Shown piece by piece: positions 43,055 to 55,687 of a stretch of DNA of 64,000 bases. The notes beneath the pieces are model-generated. The model had not been told where the DNA came from, searched no databases, and was given only the letters and a program-made list of their open reading frames with translations. The position numbers and the translations under genes were made by a program. Each line of letters begins with the position of its first letter. The stretch's first letter is position 1. This DNA comes from Octopus sinensis (taxonomy: Eukaryota), in NCBI RefSeq assembly GCF_006345805.1, contig NC_043006.1, forward strand, positions 66,774,001 through 66,838,000, in the 5' to 3' direction.

Positions 43055-44331
43055 CAGGGTGAGGAAGCAAAATTTACATTGAACGTTAAGTTGTTTTTTC
43101 TCAGCAGGCACTAAGTCAATTGTTTTGAAACCTAGCATATATTGATGTCATAATCATACCTAACACTATTATCCTTACCTTTTCAGAAACTTTTGCCCAT
43201 ATGAGTAATCAGGAAAACAAACGTCAAAGTGTGTGTAATTTGCTGAATGCACTCGTCTCACCAAAGGAGATTTCAATAGTCAGAGTGTCCATAAAGACTG
43301 TTTATAATGTAAAGAATAGAATGACTATGTGCAACACTATCATGAAGAAGTCTGGATGTGGAGGAATCAACAAAAACGTACAAAAGCTTTTTTTAAAGCT
43401 CTCAAATCCAAAATTCTAAAGGATCCAACCAAATCCAAGAGAAAAATGGCAATTGAACTTGAGGTAGACAACAAGATCATTAGAAATACTGTAAAATAAG
43501 ATTTGAGGTTAAAATCTTACACAAGAACACCAAAACATTTGTTGACAACAGCTATGAAGGAAAAGAGATTGGAAAGGTGCAAGAAAATTATTACATGGTT
43601 CAAGAAAAAGTCCTCCATCGTAACGATGTTTTCAGATGAAAAGATTTTCATTGTCGATGCTGTTCTGAACTGCAGAAATGACAGATTTATCGCAAAATCA
43701 ACAGCTGAGGTTAAGGGAACATTCAAAGCAAAACATCCTGCTCAAGTTATGGCTTTTGGTGTTGTGGCTTCCGTTGGAAAGAAAATGCCTATAAAATTCT
43801 ACAAAGCTGATGAAAAGATCAATGTTAATACTTACTACAAGACTCTGAGATACCAGGTATTGACGTGGCTTAAAGCAAACTACCCAGATGGTAATTATGT
43901 ATGGATACAGGATGGTACTCCAGCCCACACAGCTAGAAAAATACAAGATTTCTGTAAATACAACATTAGCAATTTTTTTTAATCATGTTTATGGCCGCCT
44001 CCTAGCCCAGATCTAAATCCTCTGGCTTATGCTATTTGGGGCGTTTTAGAACATGCTACCAATAGAACATCACACAGCAATGTCGACTCTCTTAAAGATA
44101 CTATTAACGAAGAATGGGAGAAGTTGTGTCCTGAATATTTGAGGAACGCCTGTGCAAGTTTCAAGAAGCACGTGAAGGCAGTTATTGAGAAAGAAGGAGG
44201 ACACACAATAAAAATATTTTGTATTATGTAAATTTTCTTGTGGCAAATAAATTCTCATGACTTTCAATAAACTAATTGGTCATACACTGTCTTTCAATCC
44301 CTGCCTCAAAATATTTTACTTCGCCACCCTG
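43055..44331 (+). mobile_element. maT-type (DD37D) Tc1/mariner element, degenerate, nested in a SINE
   Basis: TIRs CAGGGTGAGGAAGCAAAATTT / CAGGGTGGCGAAGTAAAATAT with TA flanks. FSDEK, QDGTPAH...WPPPSPDLNPL(A)Y, with 37 residues between the second and third catalytic positions after correcting a frameshift near 43980. Confidence 0.88.
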
Positions 44332-44636
44332 TATATGTGTGTGTGTGTGTTTGTGTTTATCTCCCTAGCATTGCTTGACAATCGATGGTGGTGTGTTTAT
44401 GTCCCCATCACTTAGCGGTTCGGCAAAGAGACCGATAGAATAAGTACTAGGCTTACAAAGAAAACGTCCCAGGGTCGATTTGCTCGTCAAAAGCCGATGC
44501 TCGAGCATGGCCGCGGTCAAATGCCTTAAACAAGTAAAAGAGTTTTACATACATTTTTCAAATACACTTTTTTTCCCCTACACACATGAGTACCCGCTCG
44601 CTGACAGACACGCACACAGCGTCAGCGATATACTTT

Positions 44637-44726
<90 letters not shown>

Positions 44727-45285
44727 CGGAAAAAGTACAGAGAGGGACAAGGTTTACTATGAGAAAAGCGAGAAATAAAATAGATAGTCATCTTATTTGT
44801 TGTTGTCATAGATTTTGAAATTTTAAAATAATGTGGAAAGTTTCAAATTTGGTAGATTGATCTACTTTTTTCACACTGAATCCAAGTTTAAGTTACATTT
44901 ATTCAATCAAATTTCAGAAAAATTTTGGTCATTTTTACCCAATCAGGAAACAGGATTTGTGCGTGATAGTTGTGATGAAAATGAAATTAACCATTAGAAA
45001 ACGAAATTTAAAACAAAATGGACGCAATGCGTGAGAGATAATATATTTATAGAGAGAGGACGAGAGAGAGAGAGGGGGGAAGAGACAGTGAGTGATAAAG
45101 AGTAAAGTAAATAATAGAAAAAATGGACTCATGGTAAAGGAGAGTATGAGAGTAATCTACCTAAAAGTTGAATAATTTCTCATAGATATGTTTTGATTAT
45201 TACATACGGACGAAGCACCGTTTCCGATCTTTTATATGCTAAACATACATACATAACCACATAAGCTTGCATTTATATGATATAT

Positions 45286-45554
45286 ATCTCTTATAAAAGG
45301 CAGATTTTATCTGCCTCCCTTTGGGAGTTATACAAATCTACAATATAGGATTTCTTCAATTACAATTTACCTAGCAATTTTAAGAGTACAATGCATCGCG
45401 TCATGCCAGGTCCAGTTTTTAAAATTTAAACTCCAATTAAGCAAAATTTACAGAAAACTCACATTCTGGTGTGTGTGTCAAATGCTTTTCTTAGTCTGGT
45501 TTACACCACACGCAAACGCACACACACAGTGGGCAACGAATAAAGTGAAACTAG
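45286..45554 (+). mobile_element. Possible old Helitron-like element
   Basis: TCTCTTATAAAAGGCAG start; GGGCAACG...CTAG end, degenerate. Confidence 0.35.
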
Positions 45555-45820
45555 ATGTAATATTTGTTTCTCTCTATCACGCTGATAGATACATGAGTAA
45601 AATGTATGGGAAGCTAACACATAAGTGTGAGTGAAAATGTTCTTGGAAGAGAGTAAATAGCCAGAGATAGTGATTTGAGGAAGACTTTACATAAATAACC
45701 GTAGTGGCTTGTGTTAGTAATAAAGTAAACATACACTCATACATACATACATACATACATACATACATACATACATACATACACACACACATACATACAT
45801 ACACACACACATACATACAC

Positions 45821-45851
<31 letters not shown>

Positions 45852-46119
45852 CATACATACATATACATACATACATACACACACACATACACACACACAG
45901 TATTGAAGCTTGAGAACAATCAGATACATTTGCAACACATCTGTTGAAAATATTATTGTTCACACACATACATATACATATATACATACATACAGACAGA
46001 CAAATAGACACACACACACACACACATGATCCAGCATGGCCACAACCTCAAGGCTGAAACATATAAAAGAATAACAGAATATAAATGTGTGCATGTGTGT
46101 GAGAGAGAGAGTGTGTGTG

Positions 46120-46151
<32 letters not shown>

Positions 46152-46369
46152 TGTATGTATGTATGTATGTATGTATGTATGCATGTATGTATGTATGTAT
46201 GTATATATATATAATAATGCGGTTTTTTCAACAGCTTGAACTAAAAGTCAGAGGGGAATGGGATAATACTACTTTATAACTTGCTATAAAAGCAGGTAGT
46301 AATTTTATCTTGTCCTTATTCATAGTGCAAGTTTTGAAGAGTGCATTTCGATTTTAACAGCTATTTTTT

Positions 46370-46640
46370 TCAAAGCTATATTGGAACAGCCTAGAAGACG
46401 AGCCTCATCCTGAAAGATCTGTAGAACTCGACAAGGACATCCTGAAAACCCTGGTGGAACAAAATCTCATCGTAACTGTTGAGGAACTAGCAGAGAAGCT
46501 TGGATTTGGTCATTCAACCATTCATTGAGACCTGTGTGCTATCGGAAAAGTCAGCAAATTGGGTCAATGGGTTCCTCACGAACTTTCCGAGTCTAATTGC
46601 ATGCAGAGAGTGAATGTATGCTTTTCTTTGCTGTCACATC
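46370..46640 (+). mobile_element. Mariner transposase fragment
   Basis: Translates SLEDEP...TVEELAEKLGFGHSTIH...SKLGQWVPHELSE. Confidence 0.8.
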
Positions 46641-46663
46641 TCACCACTACTGCGCTATGTATA

Positions 46664-47199
46664 TCTATATATATAAAACTGTAGTTGTGTGAGTGTCTGT
46701 CCCCTTCCATTTAGATTCCTAACTACTCCCACATTTTGCGGTGCAGTTTAACCAAATTCGGGTAGCTTATAGTCGTGATTCATATTGAGCCCGTCTGCGT
46801 ATTAGCGCGCGTCTACGATGAGTCTACGATTTTAAAAATAATTTAACATCATTTTTTATTCCATTTTAATGCATAATTTTTCGTGTGTCGATGGCGGCGG
46901 AGTTGGCGTCCACGCTCACACCTGCACCTGTGGGGAAGGGAGTGTAAGGAAATCAACGTCGTAATGGGTTGTCAAGGAGACCAGCGTTCTTTTAGAACAA
47001 CGACTTCATGGCTTGAAGACACCAAAACAGAAATGGCTAAGAAAGCGTCTACGATGAGTCAACGATTTTTCAAAAAATTTACCATCATATTTTTTCCATT
47101 TTTAATGCATTTTTTGCTATTTTTTGGCTATAACTCTCTAAAAATGCTTATATAGTTATTTCCCTTACAAACCCGAGCAACGCCGGGCGATACTGCTAG
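46664..47199 (+). mobile_element. Non-autonomous Helitron
   Basis: A|TCTATATATATAAAA at the 5' end; subterminal hairpin CCCGAGCAACGCCGGG; 3' CTAG|T. Confidence 0.85.
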
Positions 47200-47524
47200 T
47201 AGTATATATACACAAAGAAGACTGATTTGGTTTCGTTTTACTCGTTTCATTTTTTGCACCAACCTTCTTCACGTGTTGTCTTCACTTTTTTTCTTATCTT
47301 CTTAGTGTCCGGTGTCTTTGGTTTTAAAATATGAATAACGTATAAACGGAGTCTGACAGATCGCTTTCAGATACATGGTCATGTATTTAAGTATCATAAC
47401 AGCATGAAACTAATAGTAGCTCTTTCGGTTCTGTATATAAATTGATATACATACATGCACACACACACACACACACACACACACCACACACACACAAACA
47501 CGTATATATATATATATATATATA

Positions 47525-47925
47525 GGCGTGGGAGTAACTCTGTGGTATGTAGCTTGCTTACCAATCACATGGTTTCGGGTTCAGTCCCACTGCGTGGCAC
47601 CTTGGGCAAGTGCCTTCTACTATAGCCTCGGGCCGACCAAATCCTTGTCAGTAGATTTGTTAGACGGAAACTGAAAGACGCCCGTCGTATATATGTATGT
47701 ATATATATGTGCATGTGTGTGTATATGTTTGTGTGTCTGTGTTTGTCCCCCCACATTGCTTGACAACAGATGCTTGTGTGTTTACGTCCCCGTAACCTAG
47801 CCGTTCAGCATAAGAGACCGATAGAATAAGTACTAGGCTTACAAAGAATATGTACTGGGGTCGATTTTCTCGACTAAAGACGGTGCGCCAGCATGGCTGC
47901 AGTCAAATGACTGAAAAAGTAAAAG
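47525..47925 (+). mobile_element. tRNA-derived SINE family C with an internal TA/TG microsatellite
   Basis: Head with GGTTCAGTCCC B-box and CORE-like CCTTGGGCAAG; tail TGACTGAAA..AGTAAAAGA. Other copies: 325-778(-), 12160-12335(-), 13000-13180(+), 28985-29145(-), 32545-32900(+), 33995-34205(-), 34240-34400(+), 42803-43040 with 44334-44545(+), 63800-63875(+). Confidence 0.85.
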
Positions 47926-47955
47926 AGTAAAAAATAGAATAAAAGTGTATATATA

Positions 47956-49379
47956 CAGTTGCGGCCGAAATGTTCAGAACGGCATTGTTTTCGTCAGAAA
48001 AGTAGGTATAAGTTTTTATTAAAGTTGTTTTATATTCTATAATTGTCACAGACAATAAATACAATATTAATTGGTATTGTCTGAGATTTTGGTGTAATTT
48101 GAGTAGATAATACAAACGTTATGGATAATATAGTGATTTACTTCAAAACCCATGGTGGCCAAAATGATCAGAACGGTTGAAAAAATAACAAAATAATCAA
48201 AAAGTGACAGAGAATGCTGGAATTATTTCATATTTAGTGTGAAGCCCTTTAGCTTCGATCAAAGTTTGACATTTTTTACTGCATGGGGAAATTAAATTTT
48301 CAATTTCTTGCTGGGTGATCTTACTCCATTCTTCCTGAAGGGCATTCCATAATTGCTCGGTTATTTTAGGATTTCTGGCTTTCAAACGTTCCACACATTT
48401 TCAATAGGATTGAGATCTGGGCTTTGAGCAGGCCAATCCATAACAATAACCTTTTCAGCCTTGAGGAAGTTCATGACCACCTTAGCCTTGTGACATGGGG
48501 CATTGTCCTGCATGAATATGGGTGGTCGCTTAGTTGAATTTCTCAGCACAGGCAAGACATGATCTTTTACAAGTTGTTTATAAACTCCTGCATTTACCTT
48601 TCCATGTAATCGCAGCAAAGGGCCCACAACCTCTCCAGATATCATCCCCCAAACCATGACACTTCCTCCACCGGATTTAACACTAGTCTTAAGGCATTTA
48701 GGTGACAATTTTTCACCTGCTTTTCGACGAACGTACCTTTTCCCATCTGAGCCAAATAACATAGACTTAGATTCATCACTGAAATGCACCGTTTGCCATT
48801 TTTCTTGAGACCACAACACATTTTCGGTTGCAAAGGTGAGACGACACTTTTTATTCTTGGAGCTGATCAGTGACTTCACTGCATGTGCTCTTGCTTGTAG
48901 GTCATGTTCAACTACAGGACGAGACACAGTTTTTCAAGATAAAGTTTTCTTCAGTACAATGCTCATTTCCCGAAAAACAGCAGCAGCAGTTTTAAATCTG
49001 TCCTTTTTAACCAACTTTACCATAGCACGATCTTCTCTCTTGGTCGTTTTTCTTGGCCTACCTGTAGACTTTCTTGCTTCACACGAACCACAATCATCGT
49101 AGACCTTAAGAATACCGTGAACAACACTTTTTGACTTGTTAAAAATATTTGCAATAGACCCAATACTTAAATTATCCTTCTTTCGAAGCTTAATAATCTG
49201 CTGACGAATTGGTAACGGAGTAAGTGGCATTATATTAACAAAGTACACTGCAGATATTCTTACTAATGTTTAGTAAACGAAAATGTTTGTGAAAATTATA
49301 GAATATAAAACAACTTTGATAGAAACTTATATCTACTTTTTTGACTAAAACAATGCCGTTCTGAACATTTTGGCCGCCA

Positions 49380-49382
<3 letters not shown>
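47956..49382 (-). mobile_element. Tc1-family DNA transposon (DD34E), full length with at least two lesions
   Basis: 36-bp TIRs CAGT(T/G)GCGGCC(G/A)AAATGTTCAGAACGGCATTGTTTT (2 mismatches) with TA on both sides. HTH...GRPRKTT, FSDESK, MVWG, QDNAPCH-34-SPDLNPIE. Breaks near 48930 and 48390. Confidence 0.95.
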
Positions 49383-49423
<41 letters not shown>

Positions 49424-49980
49424 AGATCTGTAAAGGTAACACACGAGTAAGTAGATAATTATGAAACACAAGACCGAAAATGCTACTTTCTTTAAATTGG
49501 TTACATTTTAATTTTCCTTTTACATATTTCGGTTTTTGAAACCCTTATCAAAACTACGTATTAAAACGGAAAATGTGAAGAAAAAAGAACTATTAAAAAA
49601 ATTAAATTAGAATTAAAATTAAGATTAACATCCATAGTTTAATTTCCTTTTTCCTACAAGAAACGCAAGATAATATCCTTTGGTTCTGGTAGCATCACTA
49701 GTTCAAGTGACTGTGAGCGCAAGTAGTGTGGTCAAGACTTGTTTTCTTAGGAGTCTATCTAAACATGTAAAACCGAAACATGTGAAAGGAAAATTAAAAT
49801 GGACACAATTTTAAGAAAGCAGAATTTTGTTCTTGTTTTACACAAATCTCCCCGCCATATATATATATATATATATATATAACGGGAAGCTTTATGAAAA
49901 TAGACAAAAGACGAAGGCAGGTGGAAAACAAACAAACAATTGTATTAGTATAGCGCTCAGCAAATATAAATAAAACAAGT

Positions 49981-50009
49981 CTTTAACGTTTCGAGCCTAC
50001 GCTCTTCAA
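49981..50009 (-). ncRNA. Family I hammerhead-like motif, 5'-truncated
   Basis: TTGA-A-GAGC-GTAG-GCTC-GAAA-CG-TT-AAAG, followed by the family I 3' end (49880-49980). Confidence 0.45.
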
Positions 50010-50798
50010 TATATATTGAAGCCTACGCTCTTCTATATATATATATATATATACATAATTAGAAAATGTAGAAAACCACACATTAACCAACACAACGATT
50101 GGATCACATTTATAGCTTACTTTGTAAATACAAAGCATAGCATAACAAAACAGATGACGTAATATATCTTACGGCTGTTACTGATCGGACTGCCAAAATG
50201 CAGTCTATACATCAATGCGAGAATAAAATTCCTCATCTTCATGGGGCATTCGAATTAAGACAACAGATCTTCATCAGACTGAAAAACAAGAGTATAGAAT
50301 ATAAACAAAAGGAAGAAGGAAAAAGGAAGAAAACATCGTATAAACAAGTAGTCTGGAAGCCCAATATGTTAAGAACAAATTATTATTTACCATCAAGTTT
50401 ACAGGGTCGGTAGGAAAAAGAGCGTATGCACACACACACACACACATATATATATACGTGCGCACACATATCTATTCGCACACACTCGCGGAGACACGCA
50501 CACATACACACACACATAAACACACACACACGTTATTTTCAATAACAGTTCTGTTCGCAATATATGTAATTATTTCGTTATTACTTCCAGACTTATTGAG
50601 AGTTTTAAGTAATCTCGCTATCTTTCACAAATTTCACAAAGGTTTCTTCTTTTGAATATAAATATTTTTTAAAAGCAAACTATAAAAATTTTAGTTTTAA
50701 ATCTTAAAATATAAAAATGTAGCTTACTTTTCGTTGATTTAGCTTTTATCATTGTTGTTGTTGCTGTCATGATGATGATGATAATAATAATAATAATA

Positions 50799-50849
<51 letters not shown>

Positions 50850-51099
50850 CAACAACAACAATTATAATTATAATAAACAATAAGCAGAGTGCGATGTGAT
50901 TTGCAATAAAGATTGATTATGTTTACTGAATTGAACGAACTGAACGAATTGAACAATATTTCGACAGATTGTCTCCACGATTAATAGAAGTTGCAAATGA
51001 GATCTCTAGAATTAGCAACGAAAGTCAAAAGCTTGATGTAGGACTGCAGCTCACACAAAAAACAGGAATTGTGAAAAATTGTGTCTGACAAACGGCGAC

Positions 51100-53390
51100 C
51101 ACACCTGCTCGTCGTCAAGGAAACGCTGGAGATGTCGTAGTCTCAGCGCGTGTCTGCGTGTCAGTAGCCACATCATGCCCAGTCCTCCATTCAGCAGGTG
51201 TTGACATCAAATAGAATGCCTGACCAGCGGAAAGCGCCCCTTCCACAGAGAGTGTGCGCTGCAGTTTGGTCAGACATAAACTGAAGCAGGTTATGACGAT
51301 CTGGCGGTAATATATGTAGACATCTGCGACTTCTGCCCGACCTTTCACAGATAGCTTTCTCTCAGCCCATTTCTGGGTTACGTTGGCCACCCTGGTTATC
51401 ACCTCATCCCAATTCTTCTCCACTAGGATATCTGGACCAAACCAGAACCCGAGAAATTTAACCGGTCTGTTCGTCCAGCCGCGAAGTAAGTGCTCGACAT
51501 GGAATTGCTGCCGAGCCTCTTGCCCACCGATTTCCCTAGTTAATCTTTGCCCCTGACCCTGTCTAGTAGTCCCTGGGAGCAGTGCCAATCATCTTGGTGC
51601 GTTTAATTTTTGACACTAATACGGTGACGTCACCAGCATATGCCGACATGGAACTCCCACGTCCTATGTCACGCGGGAAGCCATACAACATCTTCAGCTT
51701 CTTTAGTGATAGCTCGAGAGTCAGTACATACAATAAGGATGGCAGACATCCAGCCCTTGAAAACCAGGCCCGAAACCCGCTTCCATGAGGACCACCGCCA
51801 CAAATAGATGGTCGACACAATCGAAAGCTTTAGATAGATCTAAATTGATCGGGCCCCACCCGTGCCATTTTTTCTTTAGCTAATTACTCAATGATGTATC
51901 GCATGAAGTGGAAATTTACGTGGATGGATCTTTTCGGGATGGCACATGTCTGCACTTCCCAGCTGTTTGAAATCTTACTTCCACTGCCCCATATATCCCC
52001 TTCGCTTTGGTATGTACTCCTTTTGGTTCCCAACGGACCCTAACGCCTTTTGAATTTGAGACTCTGTGGCTCTTTCCACACTCCTCGACTGCAATCCAAT
52101 TATACAGTAGTTCGCTGTGTGGTATAACATATGAAGAGTAGTGTCGATTGGTATATTCAAATTGACAGTTAGTCCGACTCGTTTGACTAATTGTCAAGCA
52201 TTTTTAATTTCCTCTTCAGAGAATTTTATTCTCTGAAAAGAGGAATCCGTGGCACTAGCGAAAGAGAGACTGGTGTTTTTCAAAGCCGTTGTACTAGTTT
52301 GCCGGTCAGTCGTTGTCGTTGTTGTTGTTGTTGTTGTTGCTGTTTCTTTTTGCGCCTAACAAAGAATTTGATGTGTCGGCTCTGCCTGTTGACACACAGA
52401 CGAGAGGCTTTTCATTGTTTACCCTTTGTTCGTCGTCGCTGTTATTTGTTTCTACTCACTTCCTTGTTTGTCCTACTCGAACCGTAGTGCAACTGTTCTT
52501 GATTGAAAGGACAGTCAAGAGTTTTCTCTTGAAAAGACAGGCCTCATCACAAATTTCCAGCTTTTTGTTGCTAAAATCAGACTTGTCGTCTGTTTTTGCT
52601 TTTGAGATGGAGCGACATAGAGGAGAATCACCAGATCTCACTGAAATCTGGTGACTCTCCTCTTCCCACCCTCTCTCACATACAAGCGTCACCGCATTCC
52701 GTTTTCTCCATGTTAGGGAGAAACCGAAAAGAGATTTTGATTGAAAAATAAATTAAATTGATGTGTTCTCCCCAAATAAGGAACAGCTCGAGAAAAGAAA
52801 CTCACCAGTCGACAGCAATTAACTCATTGCCCACAATGGTAGGAATTTCAAGAATGTATACTAAAGTTCACACAACGAGGTCAAGCGAGGTTTGCCAAGC
52901 TGACGGACAGAAGGCATATGGTTGCCATGAGGTAAAATGCTGAAGGCAATTCAACCTCAATCCAGCTATAAATTCTTGGAAATGCTTGAGGCAGATGGAA
53001 TCAAACGCAATGACATGAAGGAAAAAAACAAAAAGAGAGTACCTGCAGCGAATGAGAGGGATATTGGCTCCAAAGCTAAACACCACTACAGTGTAAGTAT
53101 ACACGGTATACAATGAAGAGGAAGGGAAATGTAGATAGTATACAAAGGTGAACAAAAAGAGTAAGGTGATAGAGAAGTAGATGACCTCTAGGAATAATCG
53201 AGGAACCCCACTGTTTAAAACCCTCCCGAGCACCAAGTGCGAGTGCGTTTCCAATTCCTTCTCTCCTACTTACAGGTTCACACTTAGAGAAGAGCCATCC
53301 ACTCTTGCTATTTTCGCAACTTTCGCCCACCTTTCAATACACTCACTCGAGGACTGCAGTTCCCTCTCCACACTCAATGTTTAGATAGGA
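51100..53390 (-). mobile_element. Tx1/L1-clade LINE, degenerate and internally deleted
   Basis: INLDLSKAFDCVDH, SAYAGDVTVLV (YADD-derived), VKFLGFWFG and KWAERKLSVKGRAEV. The upstream part looks like ORF1/5' UTR and is less certain. Confidence 0.7.
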
Positions 53391-53553
53391 AAAGGTAAAA
53401 CTTTAAAGACTAGCATTCAATCTGGGAGTGTGTGAGTGTGAGTGTGTGTGTGTGTGTGTGTGAGCGCACGTATGAATGTGCATCTGTGTACGTGTATGTA
53501 AGATTATGTATATATATAGAAACAGAGTAAGGGGTTATTTGCCTGGATGTTCT

Positions 53554-53597
<44 letters not shown>

Positions 53598-53786
53598 ATA
53601 TATATTTATGCATATATATAAACATATATATACATATATATGCATATATAAATACACACACACACACATGTATATATATATACATATAACGGGAAGCTTT
53701 ATGAAAATAAACAAAAGACGAAGGCAGGTGGAAAACAAACGAACAATTGTATTAGTATGGCGCTCAGGAAATATAAATAAAACAAG

Positions 53787-53824
53787 TCTTTAACGTTTCG
53801 AGCCTACGCTCTTCAACAGAAAGA
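53787..53824 (-). ncRNA. Family I hammerhead-like motif, best copy
   Basis: TCTTT-CTGTTGA-A-GAGC-GTAG-GCTC-GAAA-CG-TT-AAAGA. Perfect stems I and II and an ACGT palindrome as stem III. Confidence 0.65.
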
Positions 53825-54007
53825 TACACAGAGAGAGAAAAACACAGAAAGAAGGAGAGGAAAAAAAATGCGTGCAGTAGCTAACGAATCAACATGGCGA
53901 TCTGATTTCGGCCAGAGGTCAAAGATCAAACATGAGACGCGAGAGCGAAATAAGGGAGATAATAGGGTTGATAAAAGGGTTGAGGGACCAGCTAAAAGTG
54001 CGTGGGA

Positions 54008-54330
54008 GGGGTCTGGATGTGTGTATGTATAGGGTTGGTGTATGTATTAGTATGTATAAGGGTGTGTGTGTGTGTGTGTGTGTGTATGAGAGAGTATTAG
54101 TGCGTAGGATTGGTCTGGACGTGCGTATGTATGGGGTTGGTGTATGTATTAGTATGTATTAGTATGTATTAGTACGTATTGGTATGTATAGGTGTGTGTG
54201 TGTGTGAGAGAGTATAAGTGCGTATGCGGGGTCTGGACGTGTGTATGTATAGGGTTGGTGTAAGTATTAGTATGTACTAGTATGTATTAGTACGTATTAG
54301 TATGTATTAGTTGGTGTGTGTATTAGTATG
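54008..54330 (+). repeat. Three tandem units of ~105-118 bp
   Basis: GTCTGGA(T/C)GTG(T/C)GTATGTAT(A/G)GGGTTGGTGTA recurs near 54011, 54113 and 54231. Confidence 0.75.
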
Positions 54331-54371
54331 GCACATCATATGTGATGTGATGTGTAAAGTCATGTGGTGTA

Positions 54372-54630
54372 GTGAGGAGAAGAGGGGGAGGGGGAGAAGA
54401 GGGGGGAGAGAAGGGGAGGGGAAGAAGAGGGGGAGGGGAAGGGGGAAGAGGAGAGGATGGGGGAGAAGGAAGGGGAGAGAGGGAGCAGAGGGAAGGGTAA
54501 GAGGGAGGGAGAAAGAGGGAAGAAGGGAAGGGGAGTAGGGGTGAAAGGATGAAGGACTGAAGAAGTAGGGGTCGGGGGGAGAAAGGATAGGTGAGGAGGG
54601 GGGAGGGGGGTTAGATGAGGAGGGGGGGGA
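54372..54630 (+). repeat. Polypurine G/A tract (possible triplex/G4)
   Basis: Nearly pure G/A with many G3-G7 runs. Confidence 0.7.
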
Positions 54631-54869
54631 GAGTTGAGACCAAATGGCGTATAAGAGCGAAGAGAGAAGATTAATTCCTGTTCACGGCGCAAACGGGAAT
54701 CCGGATGGCCTCTGTGTAAGGACAAACCGAACACAGATAGGTGTTGCAAGTGTGTGTGTGTGTGTTTGCAAGGATTTTTATACATGTAAAATATATTTAA
54801 CATATATATAAATATATATATGTGTGTGTCTCTATGTGTATACAACCTAATTTTTATATATTTATGCAT

Positions 54870-54918
<49 letters not shown>

Positions 54919-55687
54919 CGTGTGTGCAAAAATGTTTCTATATGTAAAAAATAGATACAAGTGAACGTGTATATACGGTAATGCATGTAACAGACATGAG
55001 TTTTGTATGCGTATGTGTGTGCTGATGTGTGTAAATATCTATATGCATATTTTATATATGAAAGTTAATATATCTTCCCATATATATTTTTTCTACTACT
55101 AAGCACTGACCTGTCCTCTAAAGCAACCTAACCTATATTCCCAAATTCTTCATTTCACCGTTTTACTACCCAACTCTTTCACTCTCTCTTTGCCCTTCAC
55201 TTAGGCTATATCACTACATACCCGACACTCCTTTACTCTTTACTCTCTCATCTCTTTACACTCTCATATCATCCCCACCTCTACATTTCTTCTACCAATT
55301 TATCTTGACTGGCCACTAATCAGTACACTTTCTCGGTCTTCATTTCTTCATTATCTCTCTCCCCGCTTTTCTTTTCTTTCTCTCTTTATTTTTTCGCCTC
55401 TTCCTATTTTTGATTTGACCATGCAAACACATCCCCAACTTTAAAGTCACTTCAAAAAACCCCTCGATTCAATAATACCGTTTACAAACCCTATGCTTGG
55501 AATGACCAATTTCAAATATCATTGGAACTTACACACAAGGTACAGGAAACGTATATGTATACCATTCTGCTTAAATAATGGATCTGCATATACGATATCC
55601 CATCATATCTCACGTCTGTTTTCATTCCTCCACTTCACTATTTCATATCTTCTCTAGAATAAATATTGCAGGGCCATTTTCTCACAC

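Larger units (their letters stand above)
53690..54700 (-). mobile_element. Non-coding, HHR-bearing repeat (family I), longest copy; probably a PLE pseudo-LTR/3' UTR derivative
   Basis: Shares its 3' ~130 bp with copies at 1695-1850, 8530-8620, 23545-23700, 27340-27480 and 49880-50010. All end in (TA)n. The upstream boundary is uncertain. Confidence 0.6.

Noticed and set aside
50150-50290. Minus-strand CTGATGA and a distant AACAGCCGTAAGAT similar to family L
   Set aside because: The halves are ~90 nt apart, with no GAAA and no credible stem II.
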